Assembly: GCA_037200965.1 (NCBI GenBank)
Contig: JBBCGK010000001.1
Span: 64,001 to 128,000, forward strand
DNA length: 64,000 nt
Direction of reading: 5' to 3'
Origin: a bacterium
GTDB taxonomy: Bacteria > Patescibacteriota > Minisyncoccia > Phycocordibacterales > Phycocordibacteraceae
Notes under the pieces: generated by a model
The model's input: the letters and a program-made list of their open reading frames with translations, nothing else
Database searches by the model: none
What the model was told of the DNA's origin: nothing
In this document: piece by piece, positions 10,848 through 22,211 of the stretch
How the letters are laid out: every line of letters begins with the position of its first letter
How positions within the stretch are numbered: position 1 is the stretch's first letter
Position numbers and translations under genes: made by a program

Positions 10848-11423
10848 ATGAAAAAGATTTTCATACTGACGGGCAATCCCGATAGCGTGGAGACGCTCTC
10901 GAACGAGCTTGCCGTTGCCTATGAACAAGCCGCACGGGAAGCAGGACACGAGGTGCGAAAAGCGAATATCGGAGATCTGGCCTTCGACCCGATACTCCAC
11001 AAAGGGTATAAGGTTATCCAGGAACTCGAGCCTGATCTCAAGGTGGTGCAGGAGCACCTGCGCTGGTGCGATCACTTCGTGCTCGTCTATCCGAACTGGT
11101 GGTGCACCATGCCCGCGCTCCTCAAGGGATTCTTCGACCGCGCATGGCTTCCGGGCTTCGCATTCCATTTCCGCAAGAGCGGATGGGGATGGGATCGCCT
11201 GCTCAAAGGCAAGAGTGCGCGCGTCGTCATACTTTCGAAATCGAAGCCGTGGCAGATACGCTTTCTCTTTGGCGACTACACCAATGAGATCTCCCGCGGC
11301 ATCCTCGGCTTCTCGGGGTTCAAAGTCCGGCTTACGAAAATAGGCGGAAGCGAGAATCTTTCGGAACTTCAGAAAAGCCGGTGGCTGGGGCGCATTTCGG
11401 CGCTCGGGGTCCGGGGCACATAG
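10848..11423 (+). CDS. NAD(P)H-dependent oxidoreductase, flavodoxin-like fold (NAD(P)H dehydrogenase (quinone) family)
   Basis: [11 protein letters not shown]...[31 protein letters not shown]... matches the Flavodoxin_2 / NAD(P)H:quinone reductase N-terminal pattern. Confidence 0.7.
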   Translation: MKKIFILTGNPDSVETLSNELAVAYEQAAREAGHEVRKANIGDLAFDPILHKGYKVIQELEPDLKVVQEHLRWCDHFVLVYPNWWCTMPALLKGFFDRAWLPGFAFHFRKSGWGWDRLLKGKSARVVILSKSKPWQIRFLFGDYTNEISRGILGFSGFKVRLTKIGGSENLSELQKSRWLGRISALGVRGT

Positions 11424-11425
11424 GG

Positions 11426-12430
11426 TTGAATTCTAGCTTGAAACGCAACAACCCGTATTGAAAAGCGCATACCCGCAGGTACGCTAGGAGTGTTGAATCA
11501 CCTAAGCACCAACGGGTATGCATACACACAATACGCGCGACATGCGCGTTTCGCTAGGCGCGCTCCTGCGCGCTGGTGTGAAGAAAGCTGGGATCGCGCG
11601 GCAACTGGGCGTCCACCGCTCGACCATCTCAAGGGAGTTGAAACGGAACGCGAAGAAGAACGGGCGGTATCACGCCACGCACGCGGACGTGCGTGCGAAG
11701 GCACGCCGCATGAAGAGCAAGGAGGCGGGACGCCTCCTTGCAAACAATCAGCAGTTGGCTGACCTTGTCGAGGCACTCCTTGACCCACTCGTCTCTCCAG
11801 AGGTGATCGCACACCTTCTCGACATATCGCACGAGACGATATACGCGTGGCTATATCGCACCCGTCCTGATCTGTTGGCTCGTCTGCCGCAGCGAGGAAG
11901 GAAGCGCCGCCGATATGGCTCAAAGCGTACGCAGAAACAAGGATGGACCAAGAACGTGCGTTCCATTGAGGAGCGCACAGAACCTGGCTGGGAGGGCGAT
12001 ACCGTCAAAGGCGCAGGTCGTGAACGCATCCTCACCCACGTGCACCAGAGCTTGTATCTCGTTGCCGACCTAATCCCGAACGGCACGGCAGATGTCGTGC
12101 ATGCGGTACTGAAGTCGCATCAGAAAGTCACCGGGACCATCACGTACGACCGCGGGAGCGAGTTCGCACTCTGGCAGTTCATTGAACGTGATACCGATGC
12201 CACCGTGTACTTCGCACACGCACACCATCCGTGGGAGCGCGGGAAGAACGAGAATACCAATGGCCGCCTGCGGCGACCATTCCCCAAACGGCTGAACCTG
12301 GGTACCATATCCAAAGACGACCTTGCGGACGTGGTGGACCTCATGAACCACACGCCGCGGAAGTCTCTCTCCTGGCAGACCTCGTGCGTGCGCTTTGGGA
12401 AGGCGTGTTGCGTTTCAGATTAGAATTCAA
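11426..12430 (+). mobile_element. IS30-family insertion sequence, copy 1 (about 1005 bp)
   Basis: Left IR TTGAATTCTAGCTTGAAACGCAACAAC (11426-11452) and right IR GTGTTGCGTTTCAGATTAGAATTCAA (12405-12430) are near-perfect inverted repeats; they flank the transposase; inserted 2 bp after the TAG stop of the upstream gene. Confidence 0.85.
11518..12423 (+). CDS. IS30 family transposase
   Basis: HTH (GVHRSTISRELKRN), DDE region and the characteristic HHPWERGKNENTNGRLRR motif; stop codon lies inside the right IR. Confidence 0.9.
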   Translation: MHTHNTRDMRVSLGALLRAGVKKAGIARQLGVHRSTISRELKRNAKKNGRYHATHADVRAKARRMKSKEAGRLLANNQQLADLVEALLDPLVSPEVIAHLLDISHETIYAWLYRTRPDLLARLPQRGRKRRRYGSKRTQKQGWTKNVRSIEERTEPGWEGDTVKGAGRERILTHVHQSLYLVADLIPNGTADVVHAVLKSHQKVTGTITYDRGSEFALWQFIERDTDATVYFAHAHHPWERGKNENTNGRLRRPFPKRLNLGTISKDDLADVVDLMNHTPRKSLSWQTSCVRFGKACCVSD

Positions 12431-12473
12431 GAGGTTTTCTTGCCAAGAAGGTACTTTGATTCTACTATGGCCT

Positions 12474-12647
12474 CCGGAAGGCGGCTCCTCGTTTAGGCCC
12501 GCTCGCCCGGTGCCAGATCCTCATCACCTTTGGCCCGGCGACCTGGTCAGCGCAGTCATAGATGCTATGCGACTCCTCGGAATCTTATGTAGTCGTGAGC
12601 CGCCTTCCGTAGCTCCATATAAGGCCTCCCCGGGCCTTATATTTTTT
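12474..12647 (+). promoter_or_regulatory. structured element (13-bp long-range helix enclosing about 110 nt) plus terminator hairpin, probably the displaced 3' UTR of the upstream gene
   Basis: ccggaaggcggctc (12474-12487) pairs with gagccgccttccg (12597-12609); terminator ataaggcc-tccccg-ggccttat + atttttt at 12619-12647. Confidence 0.4.
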
Positions 12648-12700
12648 AAAGACAAGGACAGCTGGAAGCCGGGGCGGATTTACGGAGTCCGCCAAAGCAC

Positions 12701-12729
12701 TTGACAAATATTACAAGATAGAACATACT
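12701..12729 (+). promoter_or_regulatory. sigma70-like promoter (TTGACA-N17-CATACT)
   Basis: -35 ttgaca at 12701-12706 and -10 catact at 12724-12729, in an AT-rich stretch. Confidence 0.5.
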
Positions 12730-12735
12730 TTACTT

Positions 12736-12995
12736 CAGAGTGTGTGGGTTCGGCACAATGCGTGTACGCTTGGTGTAGTTTTTATGCGGGCATCAGTGTC
12801 CTCATGAAAGCCGCTCGGTCCAGTGGAAATGGAAATAATGAAGCTGGATACGGCCGAACCCACTATTCTTTAGTTTGCATGGGCGGGACGACACATTCCT
12901 TCGGATCGCGTATGGCCCCCAGTCGCCGCGATGATCGAGGTCGAGTCTGTCGTCCCGCCCCAACAAGTCGCTTCTTCGGAGGCGGCTTTCTTTTT
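12736..12995 (+). ncRNA. candidate about 260-nt structured RNA or regulatory leader upstream of ychF (identity unknown)
   Basis: Promoter upstream and UUCG-capped terminator cgcttc-ttcg-gaggcg+gctttcttttt at 12969-12995; 13-bp helix gggcgggacgaca/tgtcgtcccgccc with nested gatcgcg/cgcgatc; the overlapping 92-aa ORF has GC3 near 50% versus over 65% in genes here. Confidence 0.3.
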
Positions 12996-13021
12996 GTCCT
13001 GGAACCAGGTACTTTTGAATA

Positions 13022-14119
13022 ATGCTCAAGATCGGCATCGTGGGCCTTCCGAACGTCGGCAAGTCGACGCTTTTTAATGCGCTCACCAAGCAGGCGGTAC
13101 CCGCCGAGAATTATCCGTTCTGCACCATCGACCCTTCGGTCGGAATCGTCGGCGTTCCGGACGAGCGCGTTGCCGCCCTCGCCAAATTCTCGGGTTCCGA
13201 GAAAGTGATTCCCGCGGCGATCGAATTCGTCGACATCGCGGGACTCGTGAAAGGGGCGTCGAAAGGAGAGGGACTCGGGAACCAGTTCCTCACGCACATC
13301 CGTGAAGTGGACGCGATACTCGAGGTCGTGCGCTTTTTCGACGATGCCGACGTGCTTCATGTGCACGGGGATGTCGAGCCCGTCCGGGACATGGAAATCA
13401 TCAACCTCGAACTCGTCCTCGCCGACAGCCAGGTCGTCGTCGCCCGTCTTGACCGCCTTACGCGGGACGTAAAGGCGGGGATGAAGGAAGCAGTTGCGGA
13501 AGCTGTAGTGCTCAAGAAGCTCGAGCAGGCCCTTTCCTGCGGCACGTTCGCCAACCATGCCGGACTCACCTTGGAAGAGCTGAAGCTCGTAAAAACGCTC
13601 AACCTCCTTACCTTGAAGCCTGTCCTCTATGCCTTCAACGGCAAGTCGGGCGGGCACAACCTCGACGAGCTCAATGACGGCCGGGCCGAGCGCGCGTTCG
13701 CGTACGTGAAGGAGCAGAAAGCCGGCTATGTGCTCGTCGACGCAGCCACCGAGCGGGAACTCAACGATGTCGCCGATGATGACCGGGAAGGCTTCCGCCG
13801 GGAGCTCGGCGTTCCGGTAGACGGGCTCGGGGAGCTTATCCGCAAAAGCTACGACACCGTCGGCCTCATTTCATACTTTACGACCGGACCCAAGGAAACC
13901 CGCGCGTGGACCGTTTCGAAGGGAAGCACGGCTCCGGTTGCCGGAGCCGCAATTCATACCGATTTCCTCGATAAATTCATCCGCGCGGAAGTTATCGCTG
14001 CCAAGGATCTTCTCCTGGCGGGCTCGTACGCCGCCGCGCGGGAGAAAGGTCTGGTGCGCACGGAAGGGAAGGAATACGTGGTACAGGACGGGGACGTGAT
14101 GGTGTTCCTGCACGGTTGA
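13022..14119 (+). CDS. ychF: ribosome-binding ATPase YchF (Obg-family GTPase)
   Basis: P-loop GIVGLPNVGKSTLFNALT; C-terminal TGS-like region; 365 aa. Confidence 0.9.
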   Translation: MLKIGIVGLPNVGKSTLFNALTKQAVPAENYPFCTIDPSVGIVGVPDERVAALAKFSGSEKVIPAAIEFVDIAGLVKGASKGEGLGNQFLTHIREVDAILEVVRFFDDADVLHVHGDVEPVRDMEIINLELVLADSQVVVARLDRLTRDVKAGMKEAVAEAVVLKKLEQALSCGTFANHAGLTLEELKLVKTLNLLTLKPVLYAFNGKSGGHNLDELNDGRAERAFAYVKEQKAGYVLVDAATERELNDVADDDREGFRRELGVPVDGLGELIRKSYDTVGLISYFTTGPKETRAWTVSKGSTAPVAGAAIHTDFLDKFIRAEVIAAKDLLLAGSYAAAREKGLVRTEGKEYVVQDGDVMVFLHG

Positions 14120-14194
14120 CAAAGCGGAGTCCTATGTGTTAGGGTTCCTCCGGCCGTTCACAAGAGCGGTTCTTCCCAACTACAGGAGTTAGTC

Positions 14195-14410
14195 ATGAAA
14201 CTGAGGGGATTGGCCGCGGCGCTTGCCGTCGCGGTAGCGGGTGGCAGTCTCGGAGGCTGCGCGAGTAGCGGGCTCACGCTCATCACGGGCGATCACAATA
14301 CTGTGACGCAGAGCAATGGCATCACTATCACGGCATCCAAGCTGCAGTACCCAGACGCTGACCGGGCACGGCTTTCTCGGCTCATCACGCAGACGAGCGG
14401 GAGCCGGTGA
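14195..14410 (+). CDS. small lipoprotein
   Basis: Signal peptide with lipobox LGGC|ASS; AGGAG RBS. Confidence 0.55.
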   Translation: MKLRGLAAALAVAVAGGSLGGCASSGLTLITGDHNTVTQSNGITITASKLQYPDADRARLSRLITQTSGSR

Positions 14411-14613
14411 TGGAACACATCAATTTCTACGCCATGAGCGGATTCACGATCCTTCTCGTGACCCTCACAACGCTCGCATTCGGATTCGCGCCGGGCCTTC
14501 GCCGGTGGGGATTCCTCGGAGGACTGATCTTCTGGACGGTCTTCGGCATGGTGATTCTTGCAAAGTATTTCCACGCCATTGACCTCATCCGGTATGTCAT
14601 TCCGCACCGATAA
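14407..14613 (+). CDS. small membrane protein (2 TM)
   Basis: ATGA overlap with the preceding gene; two hydrophobic helices. Confidence 0.45.
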   Translation: MMEHINFYAMSGFTILLVTLTTLAFGFAPGLRRWGFLGGLIFWTVFGMVILAKYFHAIDLIRYVIPHR

Positions 14614-14711
14614 CAGCAGAGCGGAATCAGGGCTTCTTTGTCGCTTGGAGCATCATCTCTAAGTTTCAGAAAAGGCCCGGGCTGCAGAACGCGCCCTTGA
14701 TTCCCGCCAAG

Positions 14712-14744
14712 CCACGAGAAAACCTCTCGTGGTTTTCTTGTTTT
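14712..14744 (+). terminator. rho-independent terminator
   Basis: ccacgaga-aaacc-tctcgtgg followed by ttttcttgtttt. Confidence 0.7.
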
Positions 14745-14750
14745 CACGTA

Positions 14751-14759
14751 TGGTATAAT
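14751..14759 (+). promoter_or_regulatory. extended -10 promoter element TGGTATAAT, 9 nt upstream of a start codon (leaderless architecture)
   Basis: tggtataat then cagcgtcct then ATG 14769. Confidence 0.55.
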
Positions 14760-14768
14760 CAGCGTCCT

Positions 14769-15338
14769 ATGGACCACACAACCTTTCCGCCCGTTCCGAA
14801 AGAACATCATCCGAGATTCGTCAAATGGGCCGTCGTTATCGGCATCGTCGTCGTCCTGAATGTTTTCTTCGTCGTCCTTATCTCGCTGGTCCTTCCTTCG
14901 CCCCAGTATGCCGACTTCTGCCCGCAGGCGCAGGTGGTTCCCACATATGATACCGAAGCGTCCTGCACAAAGGCGGGCGGCCAGTGGACCGCGACCCCGA
15001 ACAACCTGACCGAGCCGACGGAAGCGAAGCAGCCGAAAGTAATCGGGTACTGCAACCCCGACTACTCGTGCAATCAGAAGTTCACCGCCGATTCAAGCGA
15101 ACACGAAAGGAACGCCTTCATCGCGCTCGTTGCCCTTGGCGTCGTCGCGCTCATCGCGGGCGTCTTCGTTCCGGGCTCCTCGATCGTATCCTCGGGCCTC
15201 GCCTACGGCGGCGTGCTTTCCTTCGTGATCGCATCTGTGAGCTACTGGGGCGATGCGGGCAGCTGGATACGGCTCGGCATTTCCCTCATCGCGCTTATAG
15301 CCCTTCTCTATATCGGCCTTAAGCGATTCAAGGATTAG
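14769..15338 (+). CDS. hypothetical membrane protein with Cys-rich extracytoplasmic domain
   Basis: N-terminal TM, central region with 6 Cys, C-terminal 3 TM; start set at the ATG adjacent to the -10 (the listed ORF begins further upstream). Confidence 0.5.
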   Translation: MDHTTFPPVPKEHHPRFVKWAVVIGIVVVLNVFFVVLISLVLPSPQYADFCPQAQVVPTYDTEASCTKAGGQWTATPNNLTEPTEAKQPKVIGYCNPDYSCNQKFTADSSEHERNAFIALVALGVVALIAGVFVPGSSIVSSGLAYGGVLSFVIASVSYWGDAGSWIRLGISLIALIALLYIGLKRFKD

Positions 15339-15357
15339 GGATTGAGGCGGCCCCGTT

Positions 15358-18210
<2,853 letters not shown>

Positions 18211-18246
18211 CGCAAAACGGCCCTAGGTGTATAAATAAGACCATAT

Positions 18247-19320
18247 ATGGCAACTAAAACGAAGACGGGCGCGAAAAGCACAAAAGTAGGCGGCGCTGCC
18301 GTCACTTTCGACAATGCGGGACTCGTGAAAAAGCTCCTTGCGGAGGTGCCTGAGCGCGCCCGCGAGGTGCTTATTTTCCGCTTCGGGCTTGGCACGAGCG
18401 CTACCCGCGAGACCCTTGAAGCTATCGGCGACCGCTGGGGCGTCACCCGCGAGCGCGTTCGCCAGATCGAGAACGCGGGCCTTGAAGCGGTACGCGCTTC
18501 GAAGGCGTTCGAAGACGCCGAAGAGTCGTTTTCGCAGCTTGAGGCGTATATCGAGTCGCTTGGCGGCATCGTTCCCGAGGACGAGCTTCTCGGCGGCCTC
18601 GCAAAGGACGAAAAGAGTCGGAACCGGTTCCGCTTCCTTCTCGTCGTCGGCAGCGCCTTCTTCCGCGAGCGCGAGACCGATGATTTCTATGCCCGCTGGC
18701 ACGTCGACCATAAGACGGCCGAGAAAGTGCACGATGCCCTCACGAGCCTCTATTCCTCGCTTGAGGACGAAGACGTGCTTCCGGAAGGAGAACTCCTCTC
18801 GCGCTTTCTCGAGGAACTCAAGGGAGTCAACACCGCATACCAGACCGAATCCATCCTCAAGCGCTGGCTCTCGCTCTCGAAGACCATCGCCTGCAATCCG
18901 CTTTCCGAGTGGGGCCGCGCTTCGTGCTCGTCGGTCCGCACCAAGGGTATCCGCGACTACGCATACCTTGCCGTAAAGCAGGCGGGGAAGCCGCTTCACT
19001 TCAGCGAGGTGGCGAAGGCGATCAGCGATCTCTTCTCGAAGAAGGCGCATGTCGCGACGACCCATAACGAGCTCATCAAGGACGAGCGCTTCGTGCTCGT
19101 CGGCCGCGGCCTCTACGCGCTTAAGGAGTGGGGCTATGCGCCGGGAATCGTGCGCGAAGTCGTCGCAGATGTTCTCAAGAAGAACGGTCCGATGACCAAG
19201 GAGCAAGTGATCGCGGAGGTGAAGAAGAGCCGGTACGTGAAGGACAATACCGTGCTCGTGAACCTCAACGACACCCGCTACTTCAAGCGCCAGAAGAACG
19301 GCACGTACGCGCTCGCGTAA
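18247..19320 (+). CDS. DNA-binding protein with sigma-70 region-4-like HTH and HARE-HTH domains
   Basis: ERAREVLIFRFGLGTSATRETLEAIGDRWGVTRERVRQIENAGLEAVR resembles sigma70 region 4; C-terminal KPLHFSEVAKAISDLFSKKAHVATTHNELIKDERFVLVGRGLYALKEWGY resembles a HARE-HTH. Confidence 0.5.
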   Translation: MATKTKTGAKSTKVGGAAVTFDNAGLVKKLLAEVPERAREVLIFRFGLGTSATRETLEAIGDRWGVTRERVRQIENAGLEAVRASKAFEDAEESFSQLEAYIESLGGIVPEDELLGGLAKDEKSRNRFRFLLVVGSAFFRERETDDFYARWHVDHKTAEKVHDALTSLYSSLEDEDVLPEGELLSRFLEELKGVNTAYQTESILKRWLSLSKTIACNPLSEWGRASCSSVRTKGIRDYAYLAVKQAGKPLHFSEVAKAISDLFSKKAHVATTHNELIKDERFVLVGRGLYALKEWGYAPGIVREVVADVLKKNGPMTKEQVIAEVKKSRYVKDNTVLVNLNDTRYFKRQKNGTYALA

Positions 19321-19342
19321 CCTTTTCCCGATACAGCGCTTC

Positions 19343-19366
19343 GACGCGCCCCTTGCGGGGCGCGTC
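19343..19366 (+). terminator. GC-rich hairpin, weak U-tract (possible terminator)
   Basis: gacgcgcccc-ttgc-ggggcgcgtc; followed directly by a TATACT -10 for the next gene. Confidence 0.4.
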
Positions 19367-19384
19367 GTGCGTTATACTTAAGAC

Positions 19385-20740
19385 GTGAGCATGCTCCCTT
19401 TCTACGACGCGCTTGAAAAGAAAATTAAGAAATCGAAGGAGCAATCGGGCTTCGGGCTCGCTCCGTGGCCTTTGTTCTTCGCGGGGCTTGCAATGCTCTT
19501 CGCGATACTTGTCGTCGCGCCGTCCATCATCCTGCCCGCGCTTTCCTTGGCCTTTTTCCTCCTGCCTTTGTGGCTTCCGCTCGCGCTTGTGGGTACGGCT
19601 TGGGAGATATGGGTCGACCTTAAGCGTTCGGAGTTCATCGCGTCCCAGGAATACATCCTTCTTGAGATCAAACCCCCGCGCATGATCGAGAAGACGCCGC
19701 TTGCCATGGAGGCCGTGCTCTCAGGCCTCCACCTCTCGCCCGGCGAAGGGACCTGGTATAAGAAGTATATTAAGGGCGCGGTGCGGCCATGGTGGTCGTT
19801 CGAAATCGCGTCGCTTGAGGGCCAGGTGCACTTTTTCGTCTGGACGCGCGCGGGATACCGCCGCATCATCGAGACCCAAATATACGCCCAGTATTCGGGT
19901 GCGCAGGTCGTCGAGGTACAGGACTATACGAGGATGATTAATGCCGACCCCGGCGAATGGGAAATATGGGGCTGCGACTTTACCGAAAGCAAGGCCGGTC
20001 CGTACCCGATCCGCACCTACGTCGACTACGGTCTCGACAAGGTGGCAAAGGAACCCGAGCAAGTGGATCCTCTCTCGAACCTCATCGAGTTCATGGGCTC
20101 AATGGGCAAAGGCGAGTATCTTTGGCTCCAGCTGCCGATACGCGTGCATAAGGGAGAAAAGTACAAGAAGCTCAATAAAGAGGGGAAGTCCTATACTTGG
20201 AAAGACGAGGCGAAAGAAGTTGTCGAAGAGCTCCGGAAGAAGACCGTAACGAAGTTCAAGGATCCGGCGACGGGCGTCTCGATGGAGGGATTCCCGAACC
20301 CGACCAAGGGTCAGATGGAGACGATCGCCGCCATCGAACGGAACGTTTCGAAGCTGCCGTTTGACGTCGGTGCCCGCGGGGTTTACATTTCGCGCCCCGA
20401 GAGCTTTTCACCCACGACGATCGCGGGACTCACCGGCATTTTCAAGCAGTTCAGCTCGGAGGAGTGGAACGGCTTCAAGCCCGCACGCTGGATGACGGCT
20501 TTCAACGATTACCCGTGGGAATTTAATGTCGACCACCGCAAGAATAAGACCCGCAAGGCACTTATCGAAGCCTATCGCCGCCGGAGCTTCTTCTATCAGC
20601 CTTTCAAAGGCGAATACATGACCATGAGCACCGAGGAGCTTGCGACCATTTACCATATCCCGTCGGGCGCTACCGAGACGCCGGGCTTCCAGCGCATCCA
20701 GTCCTCGACGTCGGACGCGCCGGTTAACCTTCCGACCTAA
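19385..20740 (+). CDS. hypothetical membrane protein (2 N-terminal TM plus large soluble domain)
   Basis: 451-aa ORF; TATACT -10 at 19373-19378, 6 nt before GTG 19385 (ATG 19391 in frame). Confidence 0.55.
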   Translation: MSMLPFYDALEKKIKKSKEQSGFGLAPWPLFFAGLAMLFAILVVAPSIILPALSLAFFLLPLWLPLALVGTAWEIWVDLKRSEFIASQEYILLEIKPPRMIEKTPLAMEAVLSGLHLSPGEGTWYKKYIKGAVRPWWSFEIASLEGQVHFFVWTRAGYRRIIETQIYAQYSGAQVVEVQDYTRMINADPGEWEIWGCDFTESKAGPYPIRTYVDYGLDKVAKEPEQVDPLSNLIEFMGSMGKGEYLWLQLPIRVHKGEKYKKLNKEGKSYTWKDEAKEVVEELRKKTVTKFKDPATGVSMEGFPNPTKGQMETIAAIERNVSKLPFDVGARGVYISRPESFSPTTIAGLTGIFKQFSSEEWNGFKPARWMTAFNDYPWEFNVDHRKNKTRKALIEAYRRRSFFYQPFKGEYMTMSTEELATIYHIPSGATETPGFQRIQSSTSDAPVNLPT

Positions 20741-20743
20741 GGC

Positions 20744-21763
20744 ATGCAGGAAGAATCATCGGGTATGCGGGATGCCGTGTCGTTTGCGGGGACGGCGCTC
20801 GAGCTCCACTTCGCGGGCTATACCCGGGCGCAGGCGCTCGCGCTGCTTGTCGCGCTTGCACTCGTTTTCTCCGGCTATTGGCTCCTTATCCGTCCTCCCT
20901 CCGCATTTCCCACGGGAAGCATCGTCACCGTTCCTTCGGGGCTCGCGGTTTCGGGCGTCGCGAAAGTGCTTGCCGAAGATAACGTTGTCGCATATCCGCG
21001 GCTTCTCTCGGTTATCCTTCGCCTAAGCGGAAACGCCGCGCACGTCCAGGCGGGAGACTACAGCTTAGAGGAACCGCTCGGACTTGCGCATGTCGCATAC
21101 CGGCTCGCAGCGGGCGATTTCGATCTTGATCCCGTGCGTGTCACCTTGCCCGAAGGCCTCACGGCCCGCGAAATGGGTCTCATATACGCAAGGAGTTTCC
21201 CGGAGATAACGGCCGAGAACTTCAGGACAGCGGGGGAGCGGTACGAAGGCTATCTGTTCCCCGATACATATCTGTTTCTTCCGAATGCGAAGGCCGCGGA
21301 CGTCATTGCCACGATGCGGACTAATTTCGATACGAAAGTGGCTAGCGTGACTCCGGAGATCAATGCTTCCGGCCATTCCTTTTCTGACGTGATTATCATG
21401 GCTTCAATCCTCGAGCGGGAAGCGAAGACATCGGAGGATAAGCGCATGGTCGCGAGAATTCTCTGGAACCGCATCAGGATCGGCATGCCGCTCCAGGTCG
21501 ATGCGGTCTTCGGCTATATCCACGGACGCGACACCTACTCTCCGACGTTCGCCGATCTTGAAGTGGATTCCCCGTACAATACCTATCGCAACAAGGGGCT
21601 TCCGCCGGGTCCCATCGGCAATCCGGGCCTTGATTCGATCGAGGCGGCGGCAACCCCCGCAAAAACCGCCGACCTCTACTACCTCACGGGCTTCGACGGG
21701 CAGATGCACTATGCGAAGACGTTTGAGGAGCATAAAGCGAACAGGTCAAAGTACTTACGATAA
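20744..21763 (+). CDS. mltG: endolytic murein transglycosylase MltG (YceG-like)
   Basis: N-terminal TM; ...ASILEREAKTSEDKRMVARILWNRIRIGMPLQVDAVFGY...SPYNTYRNKGLPPGPIGNPG... typical of MltG. Confidence 0.85.
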   Translation: MQEESSGMRDAVSFAGTALELHFAGYTRAQALALLVALALVFSGYWLLIRPPSAFPTGSIVTVPSGLAVSGVAKVLAEDNVVAYPRLLSVILRLSGNAAHVQAGDYSLEEPLGLAHVAYRLAAGDFDLDPVRVTLPEGLTAREMGLIYARSFPEITAENFRTAGERYEGYLFPDTYLFLPNAKAADVIATMRTNFDTKVASVTPEINASGHSFSDVIIMASILEREAKTSEDKRMVARILWNRIRIGMPLQVDAVFGYIHGRDTYSPTFADLEVDSPYNTYRNKGLPPGPIGNPGLDSIEAAATPAKTADLYYLTGFDGQMHYAKTFEEHKANRSKYLR

Positions 21764-21770
21764 AAAGCGA

Positions 21771-21809
21771 AGCGCGCGACTCGCACCGGATGGTGTCGTG
21801 TCGCGCGCT
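21771..21809. terminator. bidirectional terminator hairpin (10-bp stem)
   Basis: agcgcgcgac...gtcgcgcgct; U-tract tcgcttttta on the minus strand for the convergent gene. Confidence 0.6.
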
Positions 21810-21822
21810 TGTCTGTCCTTGC

Positions 21823-22131
21823 CTATGCACGGATGGTGTCCTTCTTGGCGTCGAAGTAGTCTTGGGGCCGCCCGCTGCACACGCAGCGGATGTCGACCAG
21901 TTCGTTGTGCCAGAGTACAAGCCATTCCTCCTTTCGAAGGCCGTAGATATCGTTGTCGAACACAAGAAGCCACGAAACGTCTCCGATCATGCGGACCCGC
22001 ATGGAAAGATTGGTTCCGCTCTCGATGTGTCCCGCCCGCTGTCCGTTCCGCGAATCCTTGAGCCAGATCGTGCCGTAGGTTGTAAGCGTGATTTCAGCCG
22101 CTTCTTCACGCGGCAACTCATGGATACTCAT
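21823..22131 (-). CDS. hypothetical protein
   Basis: 102 aa; minus-strand RBS GGAGGG 3 nt before ATG; own promoter; terminator downstream; the overlapping plus-strand ORF 21790 is rejected. Confidence 0.55.
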   Translation of the reverse strand: MSIHELPREEAAEITLTTYGTIWLKDSRNGQRAGHIESGTNLSMRVRMIGDVSWLLVFDNDIYGLRKEEWLVLWHNELVDIRCVCSGRPQDYFDAKKDTIRA

Positions 22132-22163
22132 CTGCCCTCCGTTGCAACAGTCCCTACACGTGG

Positions 22164-22192
22164 AGACTACGCACGATGGCGGAGATTGTCAA
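22164..22192 (-). promoter_or_regulatory. sigma70-like promoter on the minus strand (TTGACA-N17-TAGTCT)
   Basis: Reverse complement reads ttgaca-atctccgccatcgtgcg-tagtct, upstream of the 21823..22131 gene. Confidence 0.55.
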
Positions 22193-22211
22193 ACCATGAT
22201 TTGCTGTCGAC

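Noticed and set aside
12744-13022. 92-aa ORF overlapping the candidate ncRNA and ending in TAATG at ychF
   Set aside because: - GC3 is about 50% versus over 65% in real genes here.
- It has no RBS.
- The stop/ATG overlap is likely coincidental.
12802-13657. Minus-strand ORFs opposite ychF (including 'VDLPTFGRPTMPIL')
   Set aside because: It is the reverse-complement shadow of the YchF P-loop region.
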